Shown one piece after another: positions 48,514-61,292 of a stretch of 64,000 nt of DNA (position 1 is the first letter of the stretch; each line of letters starts with the position of its first letter). Location of the stretch: assembly GCA_043228905.1 (NCBI GenBank), contig JBHGNT010000004.1, positions 2,480,001 to 2,544,000 on the forward strand, given 5' to 3'. This DNA comes from Azolla caroliniana (lineage: Eukaryota; Plantae; Polypodiophyta). The position numbers and the translations under genes are program-made. The notes under the pieces were generated by a model that was not told the DNA's origin, searched no databases, and saw nothing but the letters and a program-made list of their open reading frames with translations.

Positions 48514-48517
<4 letters not shown>
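45394..48517 (-). CDS. Alpha/beta hydrolase, plant ABHD6/MAGL-like (~412 aa)
   Basis: Exons 48517-48358, 47941-47139, 46853-46758, 45955-45888, 45505-45394, phase-consistent. Motifs TIHCW, LLHGFG, PDLLFFGGS, GHSYGG (Ser), WGEED (Asp), GVGH (His). Confidence 0.9.

Positions 48518-48558
<41 letters not shown>
48517..48558. repeat. (GA)n tract abutting the hydrolase start codon (5' UTR)
   Basis: (TC)n on plus strand directly after CAT. Confidence 0.9.
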
Positions 48559-48562
<4 letters not shown>

Positions 48563-51500
48563 GAACCTTATGTGTATGTGCCTGCACTTTGTTCTCCTTC
48601 TTGTTATAACAAACAACCGAGTCCTCAATGTTTGTTTGTTTGTTTGCGTGTATAGAGGCAGATAGTATGTCTATGTCTTTCTACACATATGTTTGGCACT
48701 CCTTTATGTATGTGGGCAATCTCAATTGCAGAGCTTGTGACAAAAAATATGTGCCCTCAATATATATACCCATGTGCAAATTAAATGGAGGAACGCAAAG
48801 GTGATGAATAATGCATGAACAATGTGATCACGAATTTGGCGATTAAATAGCTTGTGATGACAGGCTTACCAAAACTTATCAAGAAAGCTACAAATGCAAA
48901 GTCAAGATATTAAGTCGTTTTAATGACATTATGAGTTGATTTTTTTTTTTTCAATTCTTCCACGTAGCATGAAAAAGGTGGACAAAAATGAGAAAAATAG
49001 GAAGGCCTACTTTCCACCTAAAAAGAGGAGAGATTAATTTGAACCTCTTACAATACCTAATACTCAACCTTGTAGGTTTTTAGAGAACAAATATCCTACA
49101 TTTATTAAACTATCAATAAAGGGAGTGTGACAATACATATATTAGCAAGTTAGTTGGACATGCATATATGATTGGCATGAGGTGCCAACAATTGAGATAG
49201 AGTAGTTATCCATATTGCTCATCCATTATGACATCCACTATTCGAGAAACATGGGAGATCATCATCTACATATCTCACTCACCACTAGGGTGCAAACCCA
49301 AAAGGAAAAGCTAAAGATAGACGCATACATACCTACAAGATGGAAAAAATAAAAATATCAGCTCCAAGTTTTCCAATAAATCGTTTCTTTCTTTACTTTT
49401 TCATCATGTGCTTGTTTTTTTAATATGAACTTGTTAGGGCTAGATTGACATGCTATACAAAATCTCAATTGAGTAAAAGAACTCATTAACGACATGCGAT
49501 ATGGAAATTGAACTCTTCAAAATCATTCATATCCAAAAAATAAACATAGGCAAACATGTTCCAATATGTAATATGATGCCAACATTGATCATATTCATTG
49601 ATCTAGGATTTCCATGTCATTTTTTTTGCACATAACGGAATTCTATTTTGAGCGATCTAACTAACAATGATACATTACATGTTTGAAGTCTACAATGGCT
49701 ATTGCTTTCAAATAATTCATTGATCTCCCTAACTCAAATCAACATTTGAGGTTAGAGTTAGTCAACTCTAGAACATGATGCGCCCATCAAACCACCAATA
49801 AGTTTGTTGATGTGGGGATCTTTCATTGATAGACTTACAAATTTATGATGGGAATCATTTTTTATGTGGTAGAGGTCTCCTGATTTGTTGTAGAGCATGA
49901 TTCGATGAAATTATTCGTAAATAGGCACAATATAATCCTTCTTTGAGTGTAGCCATAAATTCAATTGCGCGATGAACATGCCAAAAGTCATTATTCAATT
50001 ATCATGGTGGGGATGAACCACATACCCTGAAGTAATTCAAAATATTTTCTCACCAAAGCTCTTTCAACCACATGTTGTATTTCACGTGGAAAGGAATATT
50101 TTTGGGGGCCTAAATAACAAGATATAACTTTAGGAAAAGATGACGCATGTCTATACTAATCCACTATAATCAGACGAGGTTCCTAGGAAACTTTTAGTGC
50201 ATATAATATGCAACATTCTCTTGTCTTTGGGATTGCAAAAACCATATTTTTGGTTCGTGTCTTCTAGTATTTAATATTCATATACATCTCATCCCTATCC
50301 ATTGATTCATTATGTTTCACAACACATTACTTCCAAAATAGTTTTAAATATACAAGCAATTATTCAAACCCAATGTTATCATATTTCGACCAAGTGTGTG
50401 CTTGATGTTGAATATGCTAAATTTAATGTGTGCATTAGTTATCTATTGCCATCCACAAGATACACACGTTAAACCACACAATAAGACTGTGGACCCATAC
50501 ATATTGGCACCCACTCACCATTGTTCTCAATCTTGCAACTTAATGAACAATGCTATGGAACTAACAACATGCATTGATTTAGAATACTTGAAAACTAAAA
50601 CAAATGATATGCTGTAGAGCGTGACATGAAACTAATTGCACTACAATTATAAAACCACTAAGAAAATGTGAGCAAGATTATAAATTAGCTTTCCTCAAAA
50701 TATCAATCTCATGAGTAACAAGACATAATGTTATTGAGAAAAATGTGAAAGTGATGCATGTATAAAAAATGTAAGAGACTTGAACCCACAAATGATTCAT
50801 TATGGAGATTCATTTAGATGACAACATTTTTAAGATCCTATATTTCACAGATATAATATGATGGTGTAATGGTCTTTATCAATGGATTTGATGTTGTGGT
50901 CGATATAGAATTGCAATAGGATATTGCTTTAAGATAATGCACATCATTGAGAATGGACATGATTTTCCACAATAGAAAGAGTGAAAAATGATAGCATTGC
51001 TCTTCAAAACTACAAGGTAATGCATGAAAAGTTAACAAAATCAGCAGAAAACTATTCATATTTAATTTATCTACATCCTAAAATGAGAATGGAGCCACTC
51101 GTAATAAAGGTTAATATGTTTCCATCTTAATTGGGGGTAGGAGACCTCAAAATTCTCATAACTTGAGGGGGCACTTTGTGCATTCTCATCTAGACACTCT
51201 TCGTTTCGCTTATCGAATACTTGTTCCTTTCCTCATTAGGGTGTCTTTCTTTGGTGCTTCTTGGTTCTACCCACAATGGTTTCGTCTTGGTATCACTCAT
51301 TATTTAGCTTGGATATATTTCCTTTGCAACCACTTCGAGAGAGATTCTTTGTTTTGGTGGACATTATTTCACATAGACATAATACTTTTACAAATTGGTT
51401 TCTTGCCTTCGGCACACCCGCTATCAACATAATTTGATGCAAAGACTTTTAAATAATTATTATTCATGAAAATAGTTTTGTCACGTTCTAAACTCATATG

Positions 51501-54500
51501 TCATTTAGATATCTTTAAATGTGTTCTTGTTGTTGGGGCCCGTAATTAAGGGTACATCAAGTTAGTTCTTGTCGTCTCACCAAATAGAGAGGGTCCTTTC
51601 AAGGCTTAGGCTCCATTGTAGATGCTTGGCTATTGGTTTGTAAGACCACTTCCATCCAAACACCTTCACTAATGCACCAAATTTCCCCTTGTACATCCAT
51701 TTTTGCGAGGGTGAAATGTTAGGATTTGACATACAACCTACCATCCCATGGGAAGTGTTTTATTAAACCACATCAATCTTGTTGGTATGGCACATTTCTA
51801 AAATGGCAACCCATCAACATTGTAAACATTTTGTCAATTGTGCAAAAGTACAAATATAAGAGGTTTTCTTCATAAATCTACATAATATTATAGCTTCCTA
51901 ATATAAAAATGAGTGTAGCATTGTAGATCACAACAATAAATGTTAATAACATAAACCTACATAATATTATAGAAGGATGATATTTCTACACATATGTTGT
52001 GAGTCTGTGACATATTCATTTATCAATGTTATATTGTTGTCAATGAACCAAACATTCTATTCTTCATACCCTTCAAAGCACATTCAAACAATTCTCTCCA
52101 TATCACGTCTCCTAAATTGGTTTCATTTGGTGTATTTATGACCACAAACATAAATATATGTAATTTTTTGAAGTGAGGGCCGGTTTTGATCGAATTCATA
52201 TTAGAGAACCTTCTTTCACATGCAACTTATAGTAGTGGTAAAACAAACATCGTTGTCTTAAGTTTCTTTATCCATGGAAAATATTGCTCCTAATCATCTT
52301 GATCACAATGATCTTTTTGTGACTTTGATGTAAATTGATCATCATGTGGGCATTCTACTTGTCATATTTTTCATGAGATTGGACCCAAAATGTAGGCGAT
52401 GTTGGTGTGAAACGCCTTTAATATAAAAAAAAGTGGTGAGTCTATTCTAATTAAGTACCTCCCCATGAAAGATTGTAGTATGAAATGCGTATGTAGAAAA
52501 TGTATTACTAAGGAATGACAAATGGGAAGTTTCAATAATTGATGTGAGACTTTCTCCAATGCTAGTAATATTTGGGTGACCAGCTATGTTGAAATCTTCC
52601 AGTACGTCATCACAAAAACAAAACATAATTGAACGTTCTAATGGGTCAAAATTGATTCAAACTATTTTAATTACTTACTATCGGTAATTCCTTTACGTTT
52701 TCAAATATTAAATAAAAACTTAATTTAGCTATACACGAGGAGGATTGAGGAGAACTTAGAAGTTAATAAAAGAGTGACAAAGACTTGGGAGTTAATGAAA
52801 GAGTAAAGTGTTTGGCAGATATGCATATATGTTTGGATGTGCTACCCATTATTGAATGATGAGAATCATCCTTTTTTTAATTGCAACTACCTCGGTTTGG
52901 CCGGATGTTAGAGAGGTCTTCATGCCGTGTGTAATTTCCGATGTTTATGTCAGAGATCTTTCCCTCTCGGATGAGTTTTTGTAAGACTTAACATAGCTCT
53001 CATCAATTGTTGCTCCAGTGGACCCATAAGGGAAGCAGAAAAATCCGTTATTACGCCTCTCAATTTCATCAGATCGATATCTGTTGAAACCTCGTATTAT
53101 TTCTTGGCTTTAAACGAAGAATATTTCCACATATTTGACGACGGGGCAAAAATAGTAAGTTCATTATGAGACAAATCCTCTAATTTAGTTTATAACCATT
53201 ATAAAGATTATGATTAATTATACCATAATCCCAATTGACTGTCCCTTTCCTAGTAGTCAAATTCCCATGGCTATAATTGTTTATGGATATAGGAAGAAGC
53301 TTCTCTTAAAAGTAAACAGAGCACCTTTTACTTCATAAACCTTTCCCACCACTTTGGGCCAGTGTAGATATTCCCTCTCTAACTAAGGTAGTCAGTATAC
53401 TCAATAAATTAAGGTCTTTCTCCATTGGATTCTCTCAAATTGCAGATGGAGCATAAGGTTTTTTTCCCATTTTGAAGATAAACAAGCATATGAACACACA
53501 TGCGTCTTCACATGGAAGGAAATCCTAGGGGGATGGACAATACACAACTATTGCTTCCATGTCACGGGATATCTTCATACTCTTAGTGTCTCCATCTCAT
53601 CATCGATTTTTGGTCACTCTTCCATTACTAATCATTGATTATATTGCTTATCCATCATCTAGGCTCCTTCCTAGACATTCTTCACCTATTAATTAACGAT
53701 TGGAATTTACATAAAATCTGTAACTAATCCAACAATAATTATGCTTACGGAACAAATACCACATGGTGAGTCCATATGAATGCACTTGGTTAAATGATAA
53801 ATATGAAGGAACAAATGAAATGGAACAACGTCAATATCCACTAGGGGTATTATTGGAATTGCTCCCTAAATGAAACAACAATGATCTTGGTAAGGCTCAT
53901 TTGACAAACATGCACTGTGGATATTGACGTTATCAATGGTTTATGAAGGATTGGACGCTAATCTATCATTCAGTGAGAAAGGATTTACCTTGCATCCTAC
54001 ATCTTTACCATTTAGAGCACAACTATATTGAAATATGCCACGAAATTCTAACTAATTTACATTGAAAAGGACTCAATATATTTGGAATATTTGTTGTCTG
54101 ACTTCATAGATTTAGCATAATGTTTGGCACAAAATCTAACCTTTGTAATTTGGTTTGCTGTGTTCGTTTTTGAGGGGCATATGATGGCAAAAAGTTCTCT
54201 CCCATGCATGGTTTTCTGTTCGATCTTGTTTAAAATTACCACTATTGCACTTGCAGAATTGCTTGTTTTTGGTTTATTGTATCGTCTTTTATCTTGATGC
54301 CTATTTGGGAGGCATTTGAGTGTGGCTTTTAAGAGAAATTGAAATATGATGACCAACTTCATGGCTCTAAAAACTGGTTCTCTCCATGAATGTGTTAGTG
54401 GAAGGAACTGTACATATACCGTATACGTGACATAGATATATATATATATCACAAATATAATAGAGGTAAGCTAGCTACGTTTTTCGGGGGCAAAAAAATC

Positions 54501-54741
54501 AAATGCATGCATTGCGCTCACACTCAAAACCTTATAGCAAATATATCGGCCAAGAATATGCAAGTTAAAGCAAGAATGAGGTTAGTCTATGTATACTTTT
54601 GTGATGCTTGTACCAAAGCTACCCTAGGAAACCTGTTAATATGCAACTCAAGGCAAGATATGAGGGTCAATCTATATATATTACTAGCTCATGCTCATAC
54701 TGCTTATTTGTTTTCACTTCTTTTCAAAGCCAAAATCGCTG

Positions 54742-57700
54742 CTACATTAATTCCTGTAAACAAAGAAAGAGAGCTTGTGATTGGTAATCAGTGCTTATTA
54801 TCAATTCAGTTAAAAAATGACTAAAGAAGGAAAAGGAGTACTTCACCGAATCACCACTTTCATCAAGAGTCAAAACATTGTCAATGAAATCCGTATCAGT
54901 TTGAGCTACAGCCTGATATATCCACATAACCCGAGTGTGTGGCAGTTGGAAAGCTAGATTACTAGTAAAGACATTGGTAGAGAGAGCATTAATAAAGAAT
55001 ATCTTTACCAAGTTGCCATTTTCATCGAAAGGCTTTGACTTCTCAATCATTAGAGAATTTGTAAGCTGAGGTTCATTCTGGTTTCTCCAATTAAGAAGCA
55101 TGTTAAGAGTCAGAATTCACAACTTAAATTACTAGTTAAATATATGCGTACAGAAGTAAAAGGAGTACTTCACCGAGTCACTATTTTCATCAAGAGTCAA
55201 AACATTGTCAACGAAATCAGTATCAGTTTGAGCTACAGCCTGATATATCCACATAACCCAAGTATGTAACCGTTGGAAAGCTAGATTACTAGTAACGATA
55301 TTAGTAGAGAGAGCATTAATAAAGAATAAGTTTACCACGTTGCCCTTCTCATCAAAAGGTGTTGGTTTCTCAATCATTAGAGAATTTGTAAGTTGAGGTT
55401 CATTCTGGTATCTCCAATTAAGAAGCATGTTAAGAGTCAGAATTCACAACTTAAATTACTAGTTAAACACATTAATAATTAACAGATTAATATAGAGCAC
55501 TTCACCAAATCGAAAAGGTGAGTGCGGGTCATTGGATTCTTAACAATGCTTGTTTGAGCTATTGCCTGTATATCCCACATAAAGGGTTCATCAAGAGGTG
55601 TTGGCTTCTCAACCATTGGAGTATGTGTAAGTCGAGGCTCATTCTGATATCTCCAAAAAAGAAGCATGTTAAGGGTCAGAATTCACAACTTAAATTACTA
55701 GCGAAATATCCAAGTTGCCATTTTCATCAAGAGGTTGGCTTCTCAACCATTAGAGTATTTGTAAGTTGAGATTCATTCTTGTATCTCCAAAAAAGAAGCA
55801 TGTTAAGAGTCAGAATTCACAACGTAAATTACTAGATAAATATGTTAATAGGTAACAAATTATTAGAGAAGCACTTCACCAAATCAAAAAGGCTCTGAAC
55901 CAATAGAGTATTTGTACGTTGAGGTTCATTCTGGTATCTCCAAAAAAGAAGCACGTTAAGAGTCAGAATTCACAGCTTAAACTACTAGTTAAATATGTTA
56001 ATGGTTAACAAATTATTAGAGAATCAACTTCACCAAATCGAAAAGGTCATCACGGGTCATTGGATTCTCAACAGTGCTGGTTTGAGCTACTGCCTGTATA
56101 TCCCACATAAAAGGATGGAATTTCATCACCTAAATTACTAGGGAGATGTGTTCACAGAGGCTAAATGACTGAAGCACTAGAAGCACTTCACCAAATTGCT
56201 ACTTTGCTCAAAAGGCATTAGATTCTCAACCACATTGGTGCTTCTTTGAGGTACTGACTGTATATAAACATAATTCTATTCAGCTGGAATTTACAAACGT
56301 AAGTAGATGGTTATGTTAACAAAGAGAAATTGACTAAACAAACACAAGCACTTCACCGAATTGCCACTTTCATCACAAATCATTGAATTCTCAACCGCAT
56401 CAGTGTTTGTTTGAAGTGCAGGCTGTATTTCAAAATAAAATAAGTGTGCTCAGTTCGGATTCGCAACATAATTTACTAGGTTGCATTTCACTTGAGAGAT
56501 TTTTTAATAGATTTACAGCAGAACAACCTTAGCATGGTCAGTTACAACCTAGTTACACCAAACCAATGTAACCCAACCTGATCCATCATGGATTTAGTGG
56601 ACATGAGTCAGTCAATCACAGTAGACAAAATTATGAATGGATCCCTAGTTTGTGGCTTCATTAAACAAAGAGGAGAAAAACAAAAGAACGGGGAGACATG
56701 GATTAAAGCATCATCAATAATACAAAGGGAAGAAAGGGCTCAAAAGTCAAGACTTGTTCTCAAACTGCCACATAAGCCATTCCATATAAAACTTTTGTAT
56801 ATCCTTATAATGGTGTGGTCTGAGATATAGATATACTTATATTCATGTGTTGCAATCAGTTATGTAGGTCAAAACCTACGAGAATATAATAATATTACTT
56901 ATATTCACGGTGGCATTTCGTCGCATTTGCAATTACATATGAAAGCAGCAACCAATTCAAAGCTTCTTGGGAAAACGTTCACATTGCTTTGATTACACTT
57001 TCCTATGGACAAAAACATGAGAAGAATGTCTTTACCAATTTCATCAGTTCCTGTAGAGTATACGGCCTACCTACTTCAAGGATGGACTCTGATAAGGGTC
57101 GGAATGACTCACAGTCCAAGCATATAATGATAACATGATGGTTGAAAACAGATCCTATGCAAAACAAAAGGTAATTGTTCTAAAACACATATTATGCATG
57201 GGGTAAATGGGGATCAGAGATAGAATAAATAAATTTAGTTATATACGTTTATGAAGAAATAAGAAAATGCACATAATCCAACCTGCGAAGGTGGAGATGG
57301 TTGAATAGCTTGCATGTTTGAAGAAGGCATTTGGGGTGGTGCCAGTGGTACGCTTACATTATAACTCATCTAAGGATAAATGAGTTCAACTGAGTCAAGT
57401 TTCTCCCTTCATTATATTATGTCAGAATACTCTAACGAAATGCATATAGAAATGAAAGGATACTGGGAATATAGTCACAAAGTGACAAAAAGGACATTTT
57501 ACAGATGGAACATCATATGGAATTGCCAACAGTGCTCGGCATCCTCCACACCTAGCCTCATCGCTTAGATTCTCTGTACATTGAGAGCCAGAAGCGATAT
57601 AAACATGATGTCAAACAATTGTGTCCTACACGTTGTCAAATAATATAGACTAAAATGTCCTCCAAAGAGATTGCAAACCTTCAAATGGGAAATTTAATGT

Positions 57701-59069
57701 ACGACAACCTGAACATTCCACAATATTTGTACCACGAGGGTACGTCACCAATGAATGGCAACCACAACAGGTGACCTGGGTCATCACTATACCCATGGGT
57801 ATATTTAAAAATGATCACAGAGTCAAATGTTAATTCCAAAGATATGCAAGAATTTTCATATATATATTTCTTGACACTTTCCTCGTAGATAATATCATGC
57901 AGTATCTTGGCCAGAAAATACTCACACATCCACAAGAAGCTTCTGATTATTGTAGAAAGTGTTGCATATGTATATTCATGCAGCTGAAAGTGTTACTTTC
58001 AAATATGTGACTAAAAAATATAGTGTAAATAACCTAGTTGTTAATTAGGTTAACACAGCAACTGCAATCATCTTTTATATAATGCCTCCTTTCCCACAGA
58101 AATCAATTTCTATCTATCACACTTACGCACATCTGATGACAGTAAATCAATTGCATGATTGACAGCTATTTTCTATCAAATGTCTATGTCACATTAATAA
58201 CCACTAAAAGATAATGTATACAATTTCTATAACACGTCACTTCTTGCACTCTCGACCACATTTATGCTTGCATCTTTCAAAAACAATATCGAACCAACAT
58301 TTGACCGATCCACAAACTAAATAAACCACCCCATAAATATTGTAGCAAAATTTTTATAATGCAAGATAACAAAGAATGAAGTTGTTGGAATGCAATCAAA
58401 CAAGGGTTGCAGAGAATAGAAACATAGAAAGGAGTATAAGACAGACACACGAAAACAGATCAATATAATAAGCAATAACAGTGAATAGTGTGCTATCTTA
58501 GCAAATTCTTCCATATTGTCTAAATCACAGTTAACCTGTGGAGTGGGGCTAATATTTCTAGAACACTTTGATGTGGAGAAGTCAAATCGTTAGATGCCAG
58601 CTTGCGGGAATTTCCATATCTAGGACATTATGGCTTTCAGAATAATTGAACTGGCTAAATTGCTGCTACAAGCATGAGTACTCTCAGATAATAAAGTGAT
58701 CATGCCTACTACTGTCAAAGTAATTTCATTCTCAGCCTATCACAGAGAAGTTGAGCTGACTTAGCATTTTTGAAAAAATTTAAATTATCATGCTAGTGTC
58801 AAACTAATTGACTTACACTACCAGAAGCATTCACGAAATGACAATCTACAGCCAAAAACTCAGCAACCTGAATGCAGACTCTTCATATAAACTTAGACCT
58901 CATGCAAAGTTCTGGGGCTATGAAAGTTTAAACAATGTGTAAAATCATCATATATCACCTGACGTTAGAGTGTCACACAAAGGACAGTGAACATTTACAA
59001 TTGTCATTCCCTCGGGATATTCAAGCAAATTTCTGCATCCAATGCAAATAATTTGACAAGGAGTTGATC
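54742..59069 (-). CDS. LSD1: LSD1-like zinc-finger protein (three LSD1-type C4 fingers) with an amplified C-terminal exon; start exon not found in window
   Basis: Exon 59069-58959 CIGCRNLLEYPEG..VHCPLC; 57786-57679 CCGCHSLVTYPRG..VECSGC; 57573-57464 CGGCRALLAIPY..SVKCPFC; 57369-57283 MSYNVSVPL (Pro-rich); repeated VENPM/DESG exons 56422-54847; putative final exon ELM* 54753-54742. Confidence 0.85.
54800..56470 (-). repeat. Tandem array of 11 exon+intron units (~160-165 bp), including a near-identical 327-bp dimer
   Basis: Recurring CTTCACC/TTTACC (minus-strand donors), CTGTAT/CTGAT/CTGGT (acceptors) and AAATTACTAG intron motif at regular spacing. Confidence 0.92.
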
Positions 59070-59238
59070 CTGCAGTATAAATGGAAGTCTAGTCAAAGAA
59101 GATTAAACAATGTATAGCACAAACACAATTCCAATTTGCAAGCCTAATCATCAATACACGTTTGATGTCTCTTTATCCTTTTACAGAAAGGTTTGCTGGA
59201 TTACTGCAATATAAAATACATCTTGCACTCAAATTCTA

Positions 59239-61292
59239 TGATAGGAATATAGATTCAAGGAAAAAAACAGAAGTAGAGGACAATCAATCTATATAATTTG
59301 TTTAGAAGATGTCACCAGAAATGCTTCAACTTAAACATGAACCATAGAAGAAAGGATCAATAAAAGATTAAATGGTTCAGAAGACAAAGCAGACGAAGTA
59401 AATAATTGAACGATATAATTTTTCTGAAACATTGATAGAGACATTATCCACGGAAAATATGAGAAGCTCAGAAGGAAGTATTAATATTTCTTTCTCTTTC
59501 ACATACACGTTTCTGGTTTATTGGATGTAAGTTATTATAAAGAATATTCAGCAGAATAAAGCAGAAGTAGAAAACAGTCAGATGAACATAAATTTGCTGA
59601 GACTTCAGCAGAATCAGAATAAAAAAGAAATGTTTTATCGACTACACTCATTAGAAGCAGATTCATTTCTCTTTGAAATTTCTCCACTCTGGCTCTTCCA
59701 AATATGTCTTCTTGTCTGCCTTCTTCGATAAAATAATCATATCATTTCTTCTTGAAACCATTAGGATGATCTTAATATTTTCTTGTGATGTTTCTCACTT
59801 GATGGTTACAATATTCTTATATACTTCAATTCAGCTTTGCATCCATACAAGTTATTGTCATATACTTCATCATATATTTGCGTCATGTTTGAATTTTATT
59901 TCACAGGTTTTCTTCCTCCCAAAATAGTTCCTGTAAGTACTTCCGACTTCTTTCATCAGTCCTCTCTTTGCTAATCGGCTACAGAAACCATCTCTGGCAA
60001 GTTTTGAAGTCCCTATAATTTTGACAAGACTTTACCAGAACCTAAATTTTGGTTACCTGTTGCAGCATAAACAAGAAAAATGGAAAAAGCTTTTGTTGGC
60101 AAAGAAAATCAATCAACAATGAAGCCAGGGAGGAAACATTGATAAATACATTTGTGAACGATATTGGAATAGAGCAGTGTTGATAGGAATAATCTTCAAC
60201 ATATGTAGGAAAAATGAAGCAGGGATGTGACAATAAACGCTTTATTAACCTTGGGTTAGAAAATTTGTCCACCTTATTGAAAACGGAAATGGTCATTATT
60301 GCTTAGAAACAACGCAAAGAAAGCAGAAGTAGAACACTTTCCCTCTTTTTTTCTTCATTTCCTTCTGTTTCTTCCTCCTCCTTTCAATTCTTCATTTTTC
60401 TTTTGTTTCTTTCTTCTTGAATCTTCTCCTTCGTCTATTCCCGTTTTTCCTCCTCCGTTTCTTCCTTTTCTTTCTCTTCTGTTTTCTTCTGTTTCAGCAG
60501 TAAATTTCTTCTTCTTCTTTTATTGCTTCTAGCTTTTAGTGTCTTTCTTTATTTCTTCTAGAAGACAATTGATCAATATAATTTTCATATGACTTCACCA
60601 TAAACAGCATACAAAGAACAAATGCACCTAAGAAGACGGAAGAAGAGGGAAAAACTTCTTTCTTGCTTCTTAGTGAAGGAACACAAGTGAACAGAATCAA
60701 GTAAGTATACACACAAATAGATGTGTCTATTTCTGTGAATGAATATGCAAAGGTGAAAGAGTAGGTGGAGGAAGGAACAAAACATAAAGACAAAAACTTA
60801 ATAGATTAACTAGTATGGATGAACATACATGAACGATAAATCTGATTTGCAATATGTCTTTCAAGCTACAACTGAATCCTAACTCACATAAGTCACTCAA
60901 GCTACTACAGAGCTTGTATATATCATATAGGAACTCAATATAAAGCATACATTGATTGTATCAAAAACTCTAACCAACACACTGGTAGCATATATTGCTA
61001 TCTGAAATAACAACCAGAGAGAACTAAGATATGCCTATACAACCAGAGAGAACTAAGATATGCCTATGACCTAAAAGGGGGATTCACTGCCGGATGCACA
61101 GAGAGCATTTGCAAGGCTCTGCCTTTTTCGTCTTCATAAACCTCCCTTTTATACCTTTATGCAATTTGGACGAAAAAGGAAAGAGAGAAAGAAAAGCCAA
61201 TTGAGGGCTATGATTTAGGGAGGAGAGGAGATTTAGATTCTGCGGTGGCACACCTTTAATCTTGGCATCATCCACGGCAAAAAGGTGCTTCA
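59239..61292 (-). repeat. Probable 3' LTR (~2 kb) of the right-hand copia
   Basis: Starts TGAAGC directly after the PPT; TATAAAAGGG ~61125-61135; candidate end ...TTCCTATCA at 59239. The left boundary is unverified because the other LTR is outside the window. Confidence 0.5.

Noticed and set aside
49000-54000. Possible old retroelement remnants and short ORFs
   Set aside because: No termini, TSDs or convincing protein motifs could be read.
54800-56470. CRISPR-like array or nucleosome-length satellite
   Set aside because: Eukaryotic context with no identical repeats or unique spacers; units carry phase-0 splice sites and translate to an LSD1 tail motif downstream of LSD1 finger exons.
57035-57154. 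Extra small LSD1 exons (DLFSTIMLSLYAWT with a GTGAGT donor; ELMKL microexon) and candidates near 57915-57975 and 58536-58620
   Set aside because: Splice-like sites are present but there is no homology support, and some carry stops or phase conflicts; needs RNA-seq.
60299-60560. F/S-rich (plus) or K/E/R-rich (minus) ORF
   Set aside because: Low-complexity GAA tract inside the probable LTR, with stops in the minus frames.
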